Part shown: piece after piece, positions 29,165 to 44,519 of the stretch | How the letters are laid out: every line of letters begins with the position of its first letter | How positions within the stretch are numbered: position 1 is the stretch's first letter | From: the human T2T-CHM13v2.0 reference genome, Homo sapiens | Direction: 5' to 3' (one strand) | Assembly: GCF_009914755.1 (NCBI RefSeq) | Contig: NC_060930.1 | Length of the DNA: 64,000 nt | The notes under the pieces: model-generated | What the model was told of the DNA's origin: nothing | Databases searched by the model: none | Seen by the model: the letters and a program-made list of their open reading frames with translations, nothing else | Position numbers and translations under genes: made by a program

Positions 29165-30639
29165 AATCTCTTCTTATTACGAGTAACTGTTAGCCAAGAC
29201 CATCACTTATGGCCAAAGTTACCACAATAATTCAGTTAACAGCTGCACAGAACTGACAAGAAGAATGCATTGTGAAGGCAAATCACAGCAAAAGCACACA
29301 CAGTTGAGAAGAGCTTTGAGTGGGAGGTAGCTTTTGCTTGACATTTTTGTTCCAGAGATCTAGAAGCTTATCTTTCTTTTACTGGCCTCCCTCCAAGGTT
29401 CCAGCCCCAGTGTTAGCAACAAACCAGACTATTTGCCATTGTTCAATCACAGAATGTTCTTTCAAATCTCCAAACTGTTCTTGCTTTCTGTGCCTGAAAA
29501 CAGCTCCTCATCCTCCTTCAAGGCAAAGTTCCCAAATACGGCATTTGAATTTAATTACAATCTATTGATTATATTGGCTTTTTCCTTTGGCAAAACTTAG
29601 TGATCCTACTGAAATAGGGATTATAGTGTAGCAAAGTAATTAGGAGTTAAATAGAAAACCTTCTTCTAAGGACTGATGTTCCCAGAAAGGACTCTTGTGA
29701 TCTCAGTACAAATGGTCCCTAAATGAATGCTGAGTCCCTCTAATAGGGAAACTGAAATTTCCTCAGAAGTAGATTCAGGAAGCAGAAATATTCTCAAATC
29801 CTCACAGTAGCAAAAGCCTAAGGAATTTTCCATACCTCAGGATACATATCAGGGATTTGACATTTGGCACCTACTGTACCATTTCCCCCAAACCACCAAT
29901 TTATCATTACCCTTTTCAGATGGGGCATTCTAGTGCTACTTACTTCCTAGGCAAACTCTGTGGAAACACCACATTAATCATTTCACATACTTTCAGGGTT
30001 GATAGCATTGCTGAGTTTGAGTTTCAGACCTCAACCAACTGGCTTTCAGATGTTTCTCAGTTGTATAGAAATTATCCTTTTTTAAGACTAGAAATATGAA
30101 AGTATAATTAGTTTGTGGAAACTGTCTAATATCTGTGACTTATTATACTGAGTTCAGCACTGAATTCCTGCCATTTTATGGCAGGAATTTTGAGCATTTT
30201 ATGACTGACAAGGCAGAAACCACATGAGTCTGAGCATTCTGTGTGAACAACTAATGGGAATGTAACCAGGCTTTGCTGTTGAAGAGCACCTGTGGAATGG
30301 AAATGCTGACTGGCCATTGGCCAGCTTGCTGTTAGTACTTATAATTACCAAGTTCACCACATGGTCATTTGATTTGGTGTGACATTGGTCTCTCCATCAA
30401 AGTGCTGCCATTTTTAAGTGTACTATCTATTGAAAAGAGCAAAAAGGACCAAGTACTTTCACATCAGCTCCTGGATCTATGCTCATACATTTTAAACTAG
30501 ATATTTTCTTTCTCATTTTGGTGTTCCTGTCATTGTTGGAAGTTCAAGATCTTCCCTAAGAGCTACTTTTTAAGTTTGTTCCTGTGGAATATGCCTCCCA
30601 TGTATTCTCTGAAACTACTTCATTTGGGCTATATCTTTG

Positions 30640-30810
30640 AATAATATAATAATCAGAGCTAACATTTACTTACTTAGTGGTAAGCAATGCACTGTTTTTA
30701 CTTTCATTAACTCATCCAATCTTTATGCCATTATTAGACCAGAGAGCTGAGGTTTAGAAAGGTTAAGTCATTTGCCCAAGGTCATGGAGCTGGTGAGTAT
30801 CAGAACCACT
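30640..30810 (-). mobile_element. MIR
   Basis: GCTGAGGTTTAGAAAGGTTAAGTCATTTGCCCAAGGTCA core. Confidence 0.75.
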
Positions 30811-31041
30811 AGCTTTTTTTTTTTTAATAGAGAGCATTGGAGCTAATTCGTATTGAAAGTGATTGTTTTTATCTGGAATTAGCTGGAAAGAGCTATTATT
30901 AACTTTGACTTTGAATGTCTTAACTATAGGATCATTCCGGAGCATATGATTAGAGTTGGATTAGTTACCACTGGATGGAACTATGTCTTCTCAGGTAGCA
31001 AATTCCTCCCTGTAAAAATCTGTTTAGGAAGCATAGTTTTT

Positions 31042-31349
31042 GGTCAGGCACGATGGCTCATGCCTGTAATCCCAGAACTTTGGGAGGCCGAGGCGGGTGG
31101 ATCACCCAAGGTCAGGAGTTCAAGACCAGCCTGGCCAACATGGCGAAACCCTGTCTTTACTAAAAATACAAAAGTTAGCTGGGCGTGGTGGCTTGCACCT
31201 GTAATCCCAGCTACTTGGGAGGCTGAGGCAGAAGAATCACTTGAACCTGGGAGGAGAGGTTGCAGTGAGCTGAGATTGCACCACTGTACTCCAGCCTGGG
31301 CCACAGAGTGAGACTCCATCTCAAAAAAAAAAAAAAAAAAAAAAAAAAA
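31042..31349 (+). mobile_element. Alu (AluSx-like)
   Basis: Full dimer with a pure A tail; no TSD found. Confidence 0.95.
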
Positions 31350-31422
31350 CTTTGCTATTGTGAAAAGTGCTGCAGCAAACATGGGAGTGCAGATATCTCT
31401 TCAATATACTGATTTCCTTTCT
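31350..31422 (-). mobile_element. Short L1MA/L1PB fragment
   Basis: TTGCTATTGTGAAAAGTGCTGCAGCAAACATGGGAGTGCAGATATCTCTTCAATATACTGATTTCCTTTC. Confidence 0.75.
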
Positions 31423-34289
31423 AAAATAAAAATATTTTTAAAAATGCTAGGCTATAGGACTATTTGCATACTTTTGCCTCTGCAGCCCTGGGCAGAAAGC
31501 ATTTCAAAGTAGAGTTTTTGTGTCACTCTTTGAGAATTTTATCAATTGAACAATAAAGACATGGGACAATTTCATGGGAAGGCACACATACAGAACCCCA
31601 CTCCACTGCTGCCCCAAGATACTTTATTGCATTAACTGTGCTCCTTGCTAAAAGGCCACTAGTTGCTGGTCAGAGCTGAATAGAAACTCTAGAGCTTGCA
31701 CAATATTTAGGATCTAGTGTAACTGAGATGCTGAGTCCTACAGACAGCTGTCTATATGACAGAGAATTAGTTCAGCATTTGTGGAAACAGTTAAGACCCA
31801 AAAATAAAGGGCAGCAGAGAATAGATTCCCCCACTATGAAAAGACGTCCAGCTAAGAGCTGTAGATATTGAAGGATACTCATTTTGGAAGCTTGTTGGGG
31901 AACCATGAGTATTGCTCACTCAGGCTGCATGGGTAAGAATCGGTATACAGGTACAGTGGGTAGGCTGAATTTAGATGAAAAGGAAAAACAGACATCTGAA
32001 TATAAAAACTCTGACGATAGGGCTACAAATAGAGACAACATAACTTCTTTAAAAAGTAAAACTTTAAAAACCTTGTATCCAAGAATATTCTACTACTCTC
32101 TAGCAAAATCTGATGAAGAATAACACTATTAAATTAAAAGTTAATTTGTTATAACATTATGAAATGTTTAAAGAAAAATTAAGTGACTAGGATGAGAAAA
32201 GATAATATTTAACATATACACATGAAATAATAAACAACATGTACTGGATGAGAGTAAAATAAACTATTCATTATAATTAAAAATTTTACTCATATGGTTT
32301 AAATGATCAGAAAGCAATAAACATAAAATTTCATATTTCATATCTAAAATAATAATAGTAATAATACCCTGCAATTTCCTCTTATGACTTGTAACACTTG
32401 CTGATTGACATATTTTTAAATCTACCAGTTTTCAGGTATCAAATTTAATTATGTAACAGTTTTATGTTTATAATTTCATATTTGTTTAATTGCATTTTGA
32501 ATAAACAAATTACATTAGGTTTAATATGCATGATGTTGTAAAACAAAAGCTATGCCCCTTATTTTATCCCAAGTGTACAGAATTTATCCCAACAGAGCAG
32601 GGAAAAAATATCAAATCCTCAATGTTTAGGTATATAAAGAATGTCACAACTTTTCATATTCTGGAAAGTCAAAAAGTCTGGAAGTCTGGAAGAATTAAAA
32701 TGTAATTTCCTTTACATAAGAAGAGTAATAGTTAAAAAAGATCATATTTGTCATCAATGAAGTGTTTCTCCTGTGGTAATTTATTCATTGGTTTATGGAC
32801 TTCAATTCTCTAGGTTTAACAACAAATCTATATCAAGATTCTACATAGATTCTATATAGATAGATTCGATGTTTTCCTCTCTGATTTAGCAGATTTGCAG
32901 AGTTGTCTACATTCAGATGGTCCTCTGGTGTTTATGGACTGACATTAAAGAATGCATAAGTTCTTCCAGAAAAATAATAAACAGTACAAATATTAGAAAT
33001 TTTGTGCCCAATGTTTGCTTTTGTTATCAATATACAGTCATTATTTATGGCTTATCTTAATTTCTGGGCTTCTAATGGTTAGAGGCACAAAGCAATATAT
33101 TCATCTTTTTGGAAACAGCAAAGCACATAAAGCTTACTATCAATCTCTTATATCTAACTACATCCTGGAAAACCTAGTTCATCTCAGATTAATTTTCTAA
33201 GATTAAAAATAATAACATAATCTTTAAAATATCAAATCCAATAATATGTAGGAAAAAACAATAATGAAATAGTTAATCTCTGGAAATATATCCTTTTTAT
33301 GAGTTTACAGCAGGCAATAATATCTTTTTATTTAATAAAATGCTAAAATATTATAAGAAACCTTGCCTTACTCTATTAAGTCATAGTCTAGAAAAACAAG
33401 CAAAATTTTAGTTTTTAGAGAGTTGGGCAGAAAAAAGTGAACTGAAATATAACATTGTATATTAATCCTTTTTAAAAAAGTATGTGAAATAAAAATAAGA
33501 AGCTTTCTTCATTCCATTATAAAAGTGATGGGTAGTCAATGAAGATTTTATATATATATATGAAATCTAGCAATCCAAAACAGCTATTATATAATTGTGT
33601 TTATTATATTTTACAGGCCAATTCATTGGAACATGTCACTCTGAGAGGGAACATTTGTAATCTCCTACTGCCATCTTATGTAATGTCTTGTCACTACACA
33701 ATACAGAATATGCATGAAGGAAAACCAAAAGCACTTTCTGGAGGTTGTATTTCAAACCCATCACATAAAAAATTAAATATCTATTGTTCCATTCCCCACT
33801 CTAATTATACTATTTATTTATAAGAAATTATTTCTAATTTCTTCCTATTAATTTTGTAAACTTTCTATTCTAGTCATGTTTATCTTTTATATACAGTTTA
33901 TTGTAATTTAAAATGCTATATAGCACCGTATTATTTAGATGCATGAGTAATTCAAAAGCTAGAGTTTAAAATTTATAATAAAGCAGAATCAAAGTACTAT
34001 TCTCTTTTTTAAAGCAACAGAAGTCAACAGACTTTCTTAGAGACGTTTGTCCTGATGCTGACAATGTCAACTGTAAATATATGCCAGTATTTTAATCTAA
34101 TAATCACAATGCACGTAGGCTGAATAGGTATTGATTTGTCTATAAATTCTAACAACTCTTGTTTAATACATGTCACAAATTGATCACTATTCAAAAGTCT
34201 GTATCGCCCAGTATAATTTGGAAGTCACTAGGAGAGTCTCTCCACTCTTATTTTGCTACATAATACCAACATTGCAACTATTAGGGCTA

Positions 34290-34750
34290 TATATCAATTA
34301 GGAATGTGCTCATTCACAAGTAACAAAAACAGCCAACTAACCATGGCTTCTACAAATAAGAGTTTGTCTCCACAAGCAGCAGTACGTTGCCTTTGATTCT
34401 ATTTCTCAACAATGCCATCAATTCTCAAGGTTCTTTCCAGCTTCCCATTCTACTGTCCTTTGTACAATGACCTTTGTCCTCATGCTTGTCATCTCATAGT
34501 CACAAAAGAGTTGCTATAGTTCTAAACATTAAGTCCGGTATCAAAATTGGAACAAAGGTGAAAAGGAGAGTGCCAGATGCACCCATCCCTTTATTATCCT
34601 TATTAGTTTCACTGGCCAGAACTATTTCATCCGGCCATTTCTAGCTACAAAGGAAGCTGAGAAAATGAGTATTTAGTTCAGCATAGTCACTGTGACAAAA
34701 TTAAGAAGTTACAGAGAAGAACAGATAGTGGAAAGAAACAATGTCTGCCA
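34290..34750 (-). mobile_element. Old MaLR LTR (MLT1I/J-like)
   Basis: CACTGGCCAGAACT, CTAGCTACAAAGGAAGCTGAGAAAATG, terminal TCTGCCA. Confidence 0.55.
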
Positions 34751-36576
34751 AAAGAATGAGATCAATATTGGTCTATAATTAAGAATTTGGGTCCAGAGAG
34801 TGGGCTAAGCAGTAGCAGGAAGCCTCCCTCCCTTTCTAAACATATAATAATGCTAGGTAAAATATGAGGGAAAATACATAGCCAAGCTTAAAGCAAGGAA
34901 GGAAATCTTCAAGTGCCATAGACAAAGAGAACCAATAATAATGCTTAGAAGCTGAAGTCCAAACTTTACAGAGGTAACTGGAATGAATGCACCCAAGAGG
35001 CAGAAAGGAAGATGCCTGATGACATGTGCAGGCAAGAGCTGGCACTGACCTGGAAGCTGGGAATGGAAGGTCTAAGTGGGAGGACATCCCCTACCAATGC
35101 AAAGACATGGCACAGATACAAACAGTGTACCTCAGGCCTGGGCCAAACTAGAATCTTTTGTAAGAAGTAAGTTTCTGGCCTGCGTAGTACGCAGATGTGG
35201 AGTCTGAATCCTTACACAATTCACACAGAATGGAAACCTCAAAAAGTAAAACCAATGGAAATGGTCTACAACAGGTTCTGTAGGACACTGTAACTGACAA
35301 GCATAAAACCTCCCCAAAGGGACACCTTCATAACCATGGGCACATAGAAGATAATTGCTATAAAAGATTAAGTTGCTGGAAAAGCAAATGCCATGAGTGG
35401 CACATCAAATGGAAAAAATCATCCCCAGGGATCCACAGATAATAGAGCAATCTCAAAGTAACTCTATAATAAGGGTGTTTAAAATATTTAAAGAAATTGT
35501 AACTATCAAGGCAAGATTGGGTCATTATGAAAAAGAACAGGCAGATTTTAAAGTGAATCAAATATGTTTTACAAATGAGAAATATCTCATAATATAAATA
35601 ATTCCTTAAGAATCTCAACTTTAGCATTGTAGAGTGGTTAGCAGGTTTTTAGGATATCATTTGGAGAATTTTCCACAGATTAATATTTGATATATTTTAT
35701 AGGAATACACATATTTTTAAAAGAATTAGTCATTGGTCTTTTCAAATCTGGTCTTTGTCAGACTCTATCACCTTTAAAAAATAAAAGTCATAAACATAAT
35801 CCATACAAGGTTCTGGGGAGTTATGGGAGGAGACCAAGAAAAAGTATTAAAGAAAAACAAGACTTGAGTTGTCCCTTTTCTCCCATGACCCTAAAATGAG
35901 CTTACATGTCATTCAGAGAAAACAAATGAAAGGGCTAAAGGACACAGAGTCATTTACAAGAACAAATCAATATAAAACCAATTGTATTTTAAGGAGCTAA
36001 GGGATATAGGACAGCGGTCATATAATCAAAAATTGCAAAGATATACACCTTGACCCTGAAGGTCTCCAAAACATGGCCACAAGGATAAATGTAGTAGACC
36101 AGATGAGGGCCTCAATCCAAGAAAAGCATCATAGAGAGATGAATTTTCAGCTAAATTTTGAAAGATCTGTGGGGTTGTGGGAGATACACAAATAACTATC
36201 AGAGTACTGCTGACTCGCCTTTCAACATTCCTAGGCTTGTGTCTAGTCCTAATCACACAAATTTAAATGAGTTTTAGAGAAACTGGAAAGATCCAAGAGA
36301 TGTTAAAATTTGTCCAGTAGATGGAATATCAGCATTATGAACAAAAATTAAATGGAGTTGCTTCATTTCACATAAAAAATACACGTGTGCTATGTTCAAG
36401 TTCTTCTTTGAAAGTACGTAAAATATTTCGGAAGGAAATTAAGTTACTGTTCCCAGTGAGGAAAAAAGATCCAAATTGGAACAGAATTGATACACAAAAG
36501 GCAGACTCTATGACTTTCAAGATCATAAACGCTGAAATAGGCTATCAGATCAGGAACTAACTTCCATCTCTAGGCA

Positions 36577-37940
36577 CAATGGAACAGAACAGAGTCCTCA
36601 GAAATAACACTACACATCTACAACCATCTGATCTTTGATAAACCTGACACAGGCAAGCAATGGGGAAAGGATTCCTTATTTAATAAATGGTGCTGGGAAA
36701 ACTGGCTAGCCATATGCAGAAAACAGAAGCTAGACCCTTTCCTTACACCTTATACAAAAATTAACTCAAGATGGATTAAGACTTAAACATAAAACCTAAA
36801 ACCATACAAACCATAGAAGAAAACCTAGGCAACACCATTCGGGGCATAGGCATGGGCAAAGACTTCATGACTAAAACACCAAAAACAACTACAACAAAAG
36901 CCAAATTGACAAATGGGATCTAATTAAATTAAAGAGCTTCTGCTCAGCAAAAGAAACTATCATCAGAGTGAACAGGCAACATACAGAATGGGAGAAAATT
37001 TTTGCAATCTATCCATCTGACAAAGGGCTAATATCCAGAATCGACAAAGAACTTAAACAAATTTACAATAAAAAAAAAACCCATCAAAAAGTAGGCAAAG
37101 GATATGAACAGACACCTCTCAAAAAAAGACATTTATGTGGCCAGCAAACATGAAAAAAAGGTCATCATCACTTGTCATTAGAGAAATGCAAATCAAAACC
37201 ACAATGAGATATCATCTCACGCCAGTTAGAATGGCAATCATTAAAAAGTCAGGAAACAACCAATGCTGGCAAGGATGTGGAGAAATAGGAATGCTTTTAT
37301 ACTGCTGGTGGGAATGTAAATTAGTTCAACCATTGTGGATGACAGTGTGGCAATTCCTCAAGGATCTAGAGCCAGCAATACCATTTGACCCAGCAATCCC
37401 ATTACTGGGTATATACCCAAAGGATTATAAATCATTCTAATATAAAAACACATGCAACACATATGTTTATCGCAGCACTATTTACAATAGCAAAGACTTG
37501 GAACCAACCCAAATGCCCATCAATGATAGACTGGATAAAGAAAATTTGGCACATATACATCATGGAATACTATGCAGCCATAAAAAAGAATGAGTTCATG
37601 TCCTCTTCAGGGACATGGATGAAGCTGGAAACCATCATCCTCAGCAAACTAACACAGGAACAGGAAATCAAATACAGCATGATCTTACTCATAAGTGGAA
37701 GTTGAACAATGAGAACATATGGACACAGGGAGGGGAACGTCACACACTGGGGCCTGTCGGGGGGTGAGGGCCAATGGGAGGGGGAGCATTAGGACAAATA
37801 CCTAATGCATGCAGGGCTTAAAACCTAGATGATGGGTTGATAGGTGCAGCAAACCACCATGGCACATGTATACCTACATAACAAACCTGCACGTTCAGCA
37901 CATGTATCCCAGAACTTAAAGTAAATAATAAAAAAAAAGA
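36577..37940 (+). mobile_element. 5'-truncated L1 (L1PA8-like)
   Basis: ORF2 C-terminal peptides 36968-37705; 3' UTR GGACAAATACCTAATGCATGCAGGGCTTAAAACCTAGATG; A tail. Confidence 0.92.
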
Positions 37941-40064
37941 ATCAATCATTATGGGATTATGACTGATTTTCACTTTCTTCTTTGTACCTTGCTAGAATGT
38001 CTAAACGTGTGTTGCTTTTTATGTTAAAACAAAATGGAAAAAATAAAAATTGAAAAGTTACATGGTTCAGAACATCAGTTGCCTGAAAGACGAGAGTGGG
38101 GAAGACGCAGAAGTCTCTCTAGGCCTTTTATTCTATAAGGAAAAAGCTCTTCCACAAATTATTTTCCATGTCAAAAATTTCTGATGAAATATTAATTATT
38201 AATACAAAATTTAAGAACATAAATATACTCAATTGGTTCTTCAACATCTAAATAATAACTAATGTAGTTCTCTTAACTGTTGAATTTCTTGATGGTAATT
38301 TAACTTCTTTAGCAATAATTATGGATGCTAGAGAAAGGGTGATAGTAGTATTTTCCCCCCTTCAAAATAAAAATATACAAAAAAAAACCTAATTAATAAG
38401 CTACATCATACTGATCATTTAAGAAAAAAAGATGAAACGGAAAATAATAATTGTCCAACCTATTCACCACCCAGTTCTTTAAATAATTTTCTTTATATAA
38501 AGTATGTAAGTATCATAATGAACAATAACCATGTTCTACTTCATTGTATAGTAGAACTACAAAAACTGATCAACAAAGTTACAAAAGAACATAATAAAAT
38601 AATTCTTCCACTAAAAGCAATAAGGCCACATAAAAACAACTAAATCCAATCATAGCAATATAGAATACTTCTTACTAAGACAATGACACAAACAGGAACA
38701 CATATATGTAACAGACCAATTATCAGCCTGGTTTCCTAAAAGTACCTATACAAATCGCTGTTAAATGAATGTATTAACAAGTCAATTTAAACCAAGTTAG
38801 GCCTAAAGCCACACAAGGATCCCCTAATTTCCTAGCACTAACATAAAGAACCTGAGACATTCCTGTAATTCTATGTTTTGCATATTTAGCCTGGGGTTCT
38901 TAAACTTATTTCAGAGGACTAGGCTGAAGAAATTCTACTTTGATGCCATCCTGTTCATGGTGCTAAGAAGAAAAGACATTGTAATTCAGAGATGGAAGCT
39001 AATAAAATGTTGGGCATCTGGGAAATCAGTGGCTGCAAATTGGAATCTCCTGGGGAGTCTTTTTAAAAATACCAGATTAATTAAATCAGAACCTTTAGAA
39101 ATTGAGCTCATGCTTTTTCTTTAACTTACCAGATGATGCTCTAATACAGAAGATGAATTAAAAAGCATAGCAATAGATGATATCAAACAAACAATATTAT
39201 TCAGTTTGAAAACATCCAAAACACAGAATCATGTTCCCAACCAACAGTGAGCTCCAAACAGCATTAGAACACAAATATGGCAATGTTGGTAGTCCCAGAA
39301 TACAAAGATGACAATTTATAGTAGCCAAGGCACCAATACATTATCAGAGGAGCTGATAATGAAACTAAAGCAACTATTCTCCCTGGTGCTCTTACTCTTC
39401 AAAAGCCATGAGAACAAATATAATATGAAAGGTGAATACAATTTACTGGAATGTACCATATCTTCCCTCACTATTTTTTCTTATATTTTACTAACAAAAA
39501 GGAGTTAAATGTGACAACCCTGTTGTACTGTCATTTGGGGTGGCATTTAGTTGATACCAAAGCTAAACCTAAAGAACTTAAATATGAAAATAAAAATTAA
39601 AAATTTTATCTTTTTCCCAAAATTTGCAAGTATCTGGATATCTGACATCATCAGCGCTTTAATAGGTAAAAGACATGCCTTCCAACTTCTCAGTATGTCT
39701 CTCAATATCCCTCCATCTGGCTTCTCTTATATTTTGCTTTTAAGCCATATGAGTGAATGCATGGTTTAACACACAGAACATTGTCTAGCATATTGTAAGG
39801 GTTATTGAAGATAGCTATTTTATAATATTACTAACATATAACACATTATAAAAATATTAATTACTATATTATCTAATTATATTGTTATAAATGCTATCAT
39901 TTATATTATTAACCATTATAATTATTACAATTGATAGCTTTATCATTATTATTACCATACATGCTTCTATGTCCATAGCTGCTGCAAAACCCAGAGGTAC
40001 TTAAGCTTCAGAGACTACAAAGTCAAAAGTATAGGACCATCTTTAGGCAAGCACCTTTTGGAGT

Positions 40065-40285
40065 ATAGCAGTTAATGGTATGAACTTCAGAGTCAACAGA
40101 AAACAATCTGAATCCTGACTGATGCTGTGTAACTTTGCACAAGTGAGTTCGTTCTCCATGCCTGTTTCTACAACTTCAGAAGTGTGATAATAATGGTTGT
40201 GTCTGAGGACTCTTGAGAGGATTAAATGAGAGAGTATCCATTCAACACTTGGTATAGCACCTACAAGTGCTCAATAAATGTGAAC
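40065..40285 (+). mobile_element. MIR
   Basis: CTGTGTAACTTTGCACAAGTG, GAGAGGATTAAATGAG, AAGTGCTCAATAAATG. Confidence 0.65.
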
Positions 40286-41639
40286 TGGTATGCAACATCC
40301 CCAAGATCTGCTCTAGGGAAAATAAGAGGTTCTTCCTGATTTTGTACACATAGAAGTATAGAACTGGCTGTGGAACATTCTATCAAATTATTTTAATGAA
40401 TATTTTGTTTTTATACCAATGGAAATTTCTATGAAGAAAGCCAAGGCAAAAATCTTACACATTCAAATGTTATTAAAGATGGTCTGAGTCTAGCAGCATC
40501 ACTGTCTCACACATAGTGGGCCCTCAACAACACATAGTGGGCCCTCAATAAATGTTAAATTAGTGAAAAAAATGATTGCTGAAAGACATATAATGTAATT
40601 TTCCTTGCTTTTTTTATCTTTTGATACTCTGGGAATAAAATTTTTATATAACACTTTACACTTTCTGTGTTATACTCTTCTGAAGTTAAAGATAAACATG
40701 CTCTTTTACCAAGTGTTTGATGGAGTGGGAACTCTGTCAATTTGAATTGGAGAGAATATTTGGAGTAATGGTAATCTTATGGTTTGAAACCTTTTGAAGT
40801 GTTAATAGGCTTTTGCTTCAGGAAGGAAAATAAGCACATGTCAACTTGGGTCAGATCAAGCATTTCAAGAGTAGTGCTCACAGACTCTTAGTAAGAATAA
40901 AAAGTAAAAACCAGAACAGAATAGTTCTTACAAAATCTACCTTCATAAACCAGAAATAAACATGATAAGTTAGCCTCTAATGTAAGTTAGAGGCATGCAT
41001 AAAATGCATGAAATGCAACTCTGGTTTTCAATAGTTTCTTTGCCTTTTAAAACAAGTCTAATGATTGAAAGCCTTGGCCCCTTTGATTTTTAAATATTGC
41101 GCTCAAAGCGATCATGCCACAGCGATGTCAAAATATGAAAACTAAGCATGCATAAAACAAAAGGTGAATGAGAACAGAGATGTAAATTGGGTAGGTGACT
41201 TGGTCAAGTCCATAGAGCTCATCGAGAGCACAGCCAGAAGAAAGAATGGGAAAAGTTCAAGAATTCCATTGTTCTCACTCTCCTAAGATTGAAAGAATCC
41301 TAATATGACACAAGCAGGTCAGCTTTTAAACTTAACCTCAGAAATAGTATGATTTCAAAGACAATAATTTTTCTTTGTTCAAAAAAAAAATCCTACTTGA
41401 TATTGCCTAAAACTTCAATAGGAAACAGAGCCTTTAATTGAAAAGAGGTGAAAACATTAACATGCAAATAAAGCATGAAATTTCTCAATAAAGAAGGATC
41501 CCTAGAAATCAGGAAGAAGCTGTGTACTTGAAGGGTAAGGGAGTTCTCTGAAGGAAGAAAGATTGTTAAAAGGTGACAACACAGAGGGCTTGTATCTCTG
41601 ACTTAACAAATTTGTCCTATAAAATCTGTATAGGATACT

Positions 41640-41850
41640 AATTAAAAGCTTAAATTTGAGAGTCAGACTTTCACTCAAATCCTGCCGAGGTATGAGTATG
41701 GCATGTCACTTAACATCCCTAAGCTTCAGTTTTCTCATCTTTAAAACAAGGATGCAAATACTGTGCCTATCTCATAAGACTGTAAGAGGAAGGCATCTAG
41801 CACAATGCTTAGCAAATAATAAACAATTAATACATGTGAATTATCAATAT
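41640..41850 (+). mobile_element. MIR
   Basis: GTCACTTAACATCCCTAAGCTTCAGTTTTCTCATCTTTAAAA core. Confidence 0.7.
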
Positions 41851-42319
41851 CATTTTATATACATCTTGAACCTAGACTTCTTGGGAGTAAACATTTCTAA
41901 AAGTCGCATTCAACAAAGCATGTAAATTTCAGCAGTGTTATTTCAGGCCTCTCAGATTAGGACATTATTTACTTTTAGCTCTATAAAAATATGTTTCCCA
42001 AGAGTAAAACTGAACTATACTTCTTGAAAATATGTTTCCTATTGTTAAACCTAATTTTATCTATCTTTGTACTTCACCCAAATATACTTCCGTTTAATGT
42101 TTATAAATAAATGTAAAGCAGTGACCATACAGATGACATTGTTATGTGATTTGATAGAAAATTCAGTAAAACAAGTCCCCATCAATAGATTTTATGCAAC
42201 CATGTCTGCCAGTCAACTACATCCATATCTGATATCATATTGGTTAATAAAAAGATTTTTGAGTGGTAAAATCCTATGGAGAGAGGACACAATACAAATA
42301 TTAATAGAGAAATATTTCT

Positions 42320-42495
42320 AGGTATCTGGATTAGCAACATCATATCCTGGGAACTTGCTGGAAATGCAAAATTTCAGGCCCCACCTACAGCTAATGGATC
42401 AGAAACTCAGGGGTCAGAGATCAGCAATCTATATGTTTACAGACCCTCCAGTTGATTCTGACGCACACAAAACTTTGAGAATCACTTGTCTAAAC
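42320..42495. mobile_element. MER5A hAT MITE
   Basis: CCTGGGAACTTGCTGGAAATGCAAAATTTCAGGCCCCACC...TTTGAGAATCACT. Confidence 0.75.
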
Positions 42496-44519
42496 TCTAG
42501 TCAGTATGGTTCCCTGCTTTAAACACCCCTCACTGCAGCTGCATAATACCTGAGGGGCTGCACCTGCAGATGATAAAGAACCTAGAATTCTTGGTCCCTG
42601 CCATGTGATTACAGGCAAAGTTCCATGCCCTGTAACCAATTGCCAAAAACCCATGAAGGGTGAAGGGGAGGGATTTGGCAAAACTTCAAGTTGTATAGCC
42701 TCAAGACACAACTAGACAGCTGAAGGCCCTGAATTTTATTCCCTGTCAGAAATTCCTAGCCAGAATGAACACAGCTGCAATCAGAGTAAGGACCTCGTGT
42801 TCCTTCCCACAATGCCACCACCATGAAGCTGGACACGGTTCACTAATATCAGTGGTAACAAAGGGGCCTTCAAGGGAGGCTTGACTTAGAAGGTCCTTAA
42901 CAATATTCCAACTCCCTTTTAAGAGATAAATCAAAAGTACCTTAAAGGTTTAATCCATTTAGATAAACTGAGACTCTCGGCTTTCTAAACTATTGGGCTG
43001 GAAAGTGTGGACCTCAGTTATTTCAAGAGATTATCAGTTTGTAGACACATAAAGCACTACATGTCGATAATAAATAACAAAGCAGCCCATGTTCAGCCTA
43101 TGCTCAGCCTATAGCAGAAAGCCTCACCCAAACTTCCCAATAACCCTATGTGGTAGTTCCTTAGAAGAGTAATTTATTCAATGTCCTCTGGCTAGCAAAT
43201 GATGTTGACAGCAGTCTAATTCAAAAATAAATATTCTTAACACTACTACTTGGGCTCAGAAATGTGCAGATATCTGGGAAACTGAGTCACTACACCATAG
43301 AGAAATTTTGCTTGAGAGACTGAGAAACTACAGAAGACAGGACTTCTTATTTTAAGGGAGAGAAGAGCCAGCCAAGCACAATAAACTTGACTAGGTGACA
43401 AAGTCTTAGTTGCCACATATTTGTACAATCTGCATAGCTGTCATTCAATCCACCTTGGCCTAGCTGCCTGGACTTATGTCTGTGGTGTAACAAGAAAGAG
43501 GGCTTGGACAAACCCTAAGTGGGTTTCTAGTAAAATATTAAGAAACAAGCAGTATTGTTTTAGGATACCTCAAACGAAGAGTAACCCTAAAGACAGATAG
43601 ATGAGGGCATTTTCTTTGACTTCTCTATTCTCTCCTCACCTCCAGTGCACATATAAGAGCAGTATATTAACCATAGCCAGGCCACATAAGAGTTAGAAAC
43701 TGGAAAATGAGGAGCAGAGGTTCTTCTTGGTGTCTCCTAAGCTTCATCTTTTGTTCCACTGTGGCTAAGTGCACTGATTTTTGTATCTATGATAATAGAT
43801 CCAAGTTTGAATTTCAGTTCCAGCCCTTAGTATGTATATGACCATAGACATCTTTGCAACCTCTTGAAGATTCCATTTCTTTATTTGTAAAGTGGAATAA
43901 TAATCAGTACCTACCTCATAAGCAGTCATATATTACCCATAGGCAGAATAAGAATGTGCTCCATGCACCAGCAAAGCAGGGGAATCAAGATGAAGGGATA
44001 AAATATTTCAAAAAAATTGATATGAAAAAGCATCCATATGGTCATTAAAGTGGTGATTTTGCAATATAATGGGTATTATATGAAATTATCTTGGGTTTGT
44101 GCTTACATTGCAGGAGTGGCAACAAAACACCATAATCTTTTCAATGCTTATTGCAGCTGTCTCAATTTGGCCCTGTCCATAGCATGGATATGAAGACTAA
44201 AGGAGATTATACATAGGGTGTGCTTGGAGAAATGTTTGGCCTAAAGTAACTTCTCAATAAATGTTGACTGTTACTATGATCTGCATATCAGCTTCCTCGG
44301 CTCACTTATACCTTCTGCTTACTCATGACTTCAGCTTGTGAAACCAACCGTAACCCTTGCTCTACAAAACCTTTCAGCTCAAGGTCACCATAATTGAACA
44401 CAACATTCTATGCCTCTCAGTTCAAATCCTTAAGAGCAAAATGTAGGAGTGGATTGGACCCAAGCAACTGCAGGCTGAAGTGCAGGCTGGTAGAACAGAA
44501 GTGAGTTACATGACCACCT

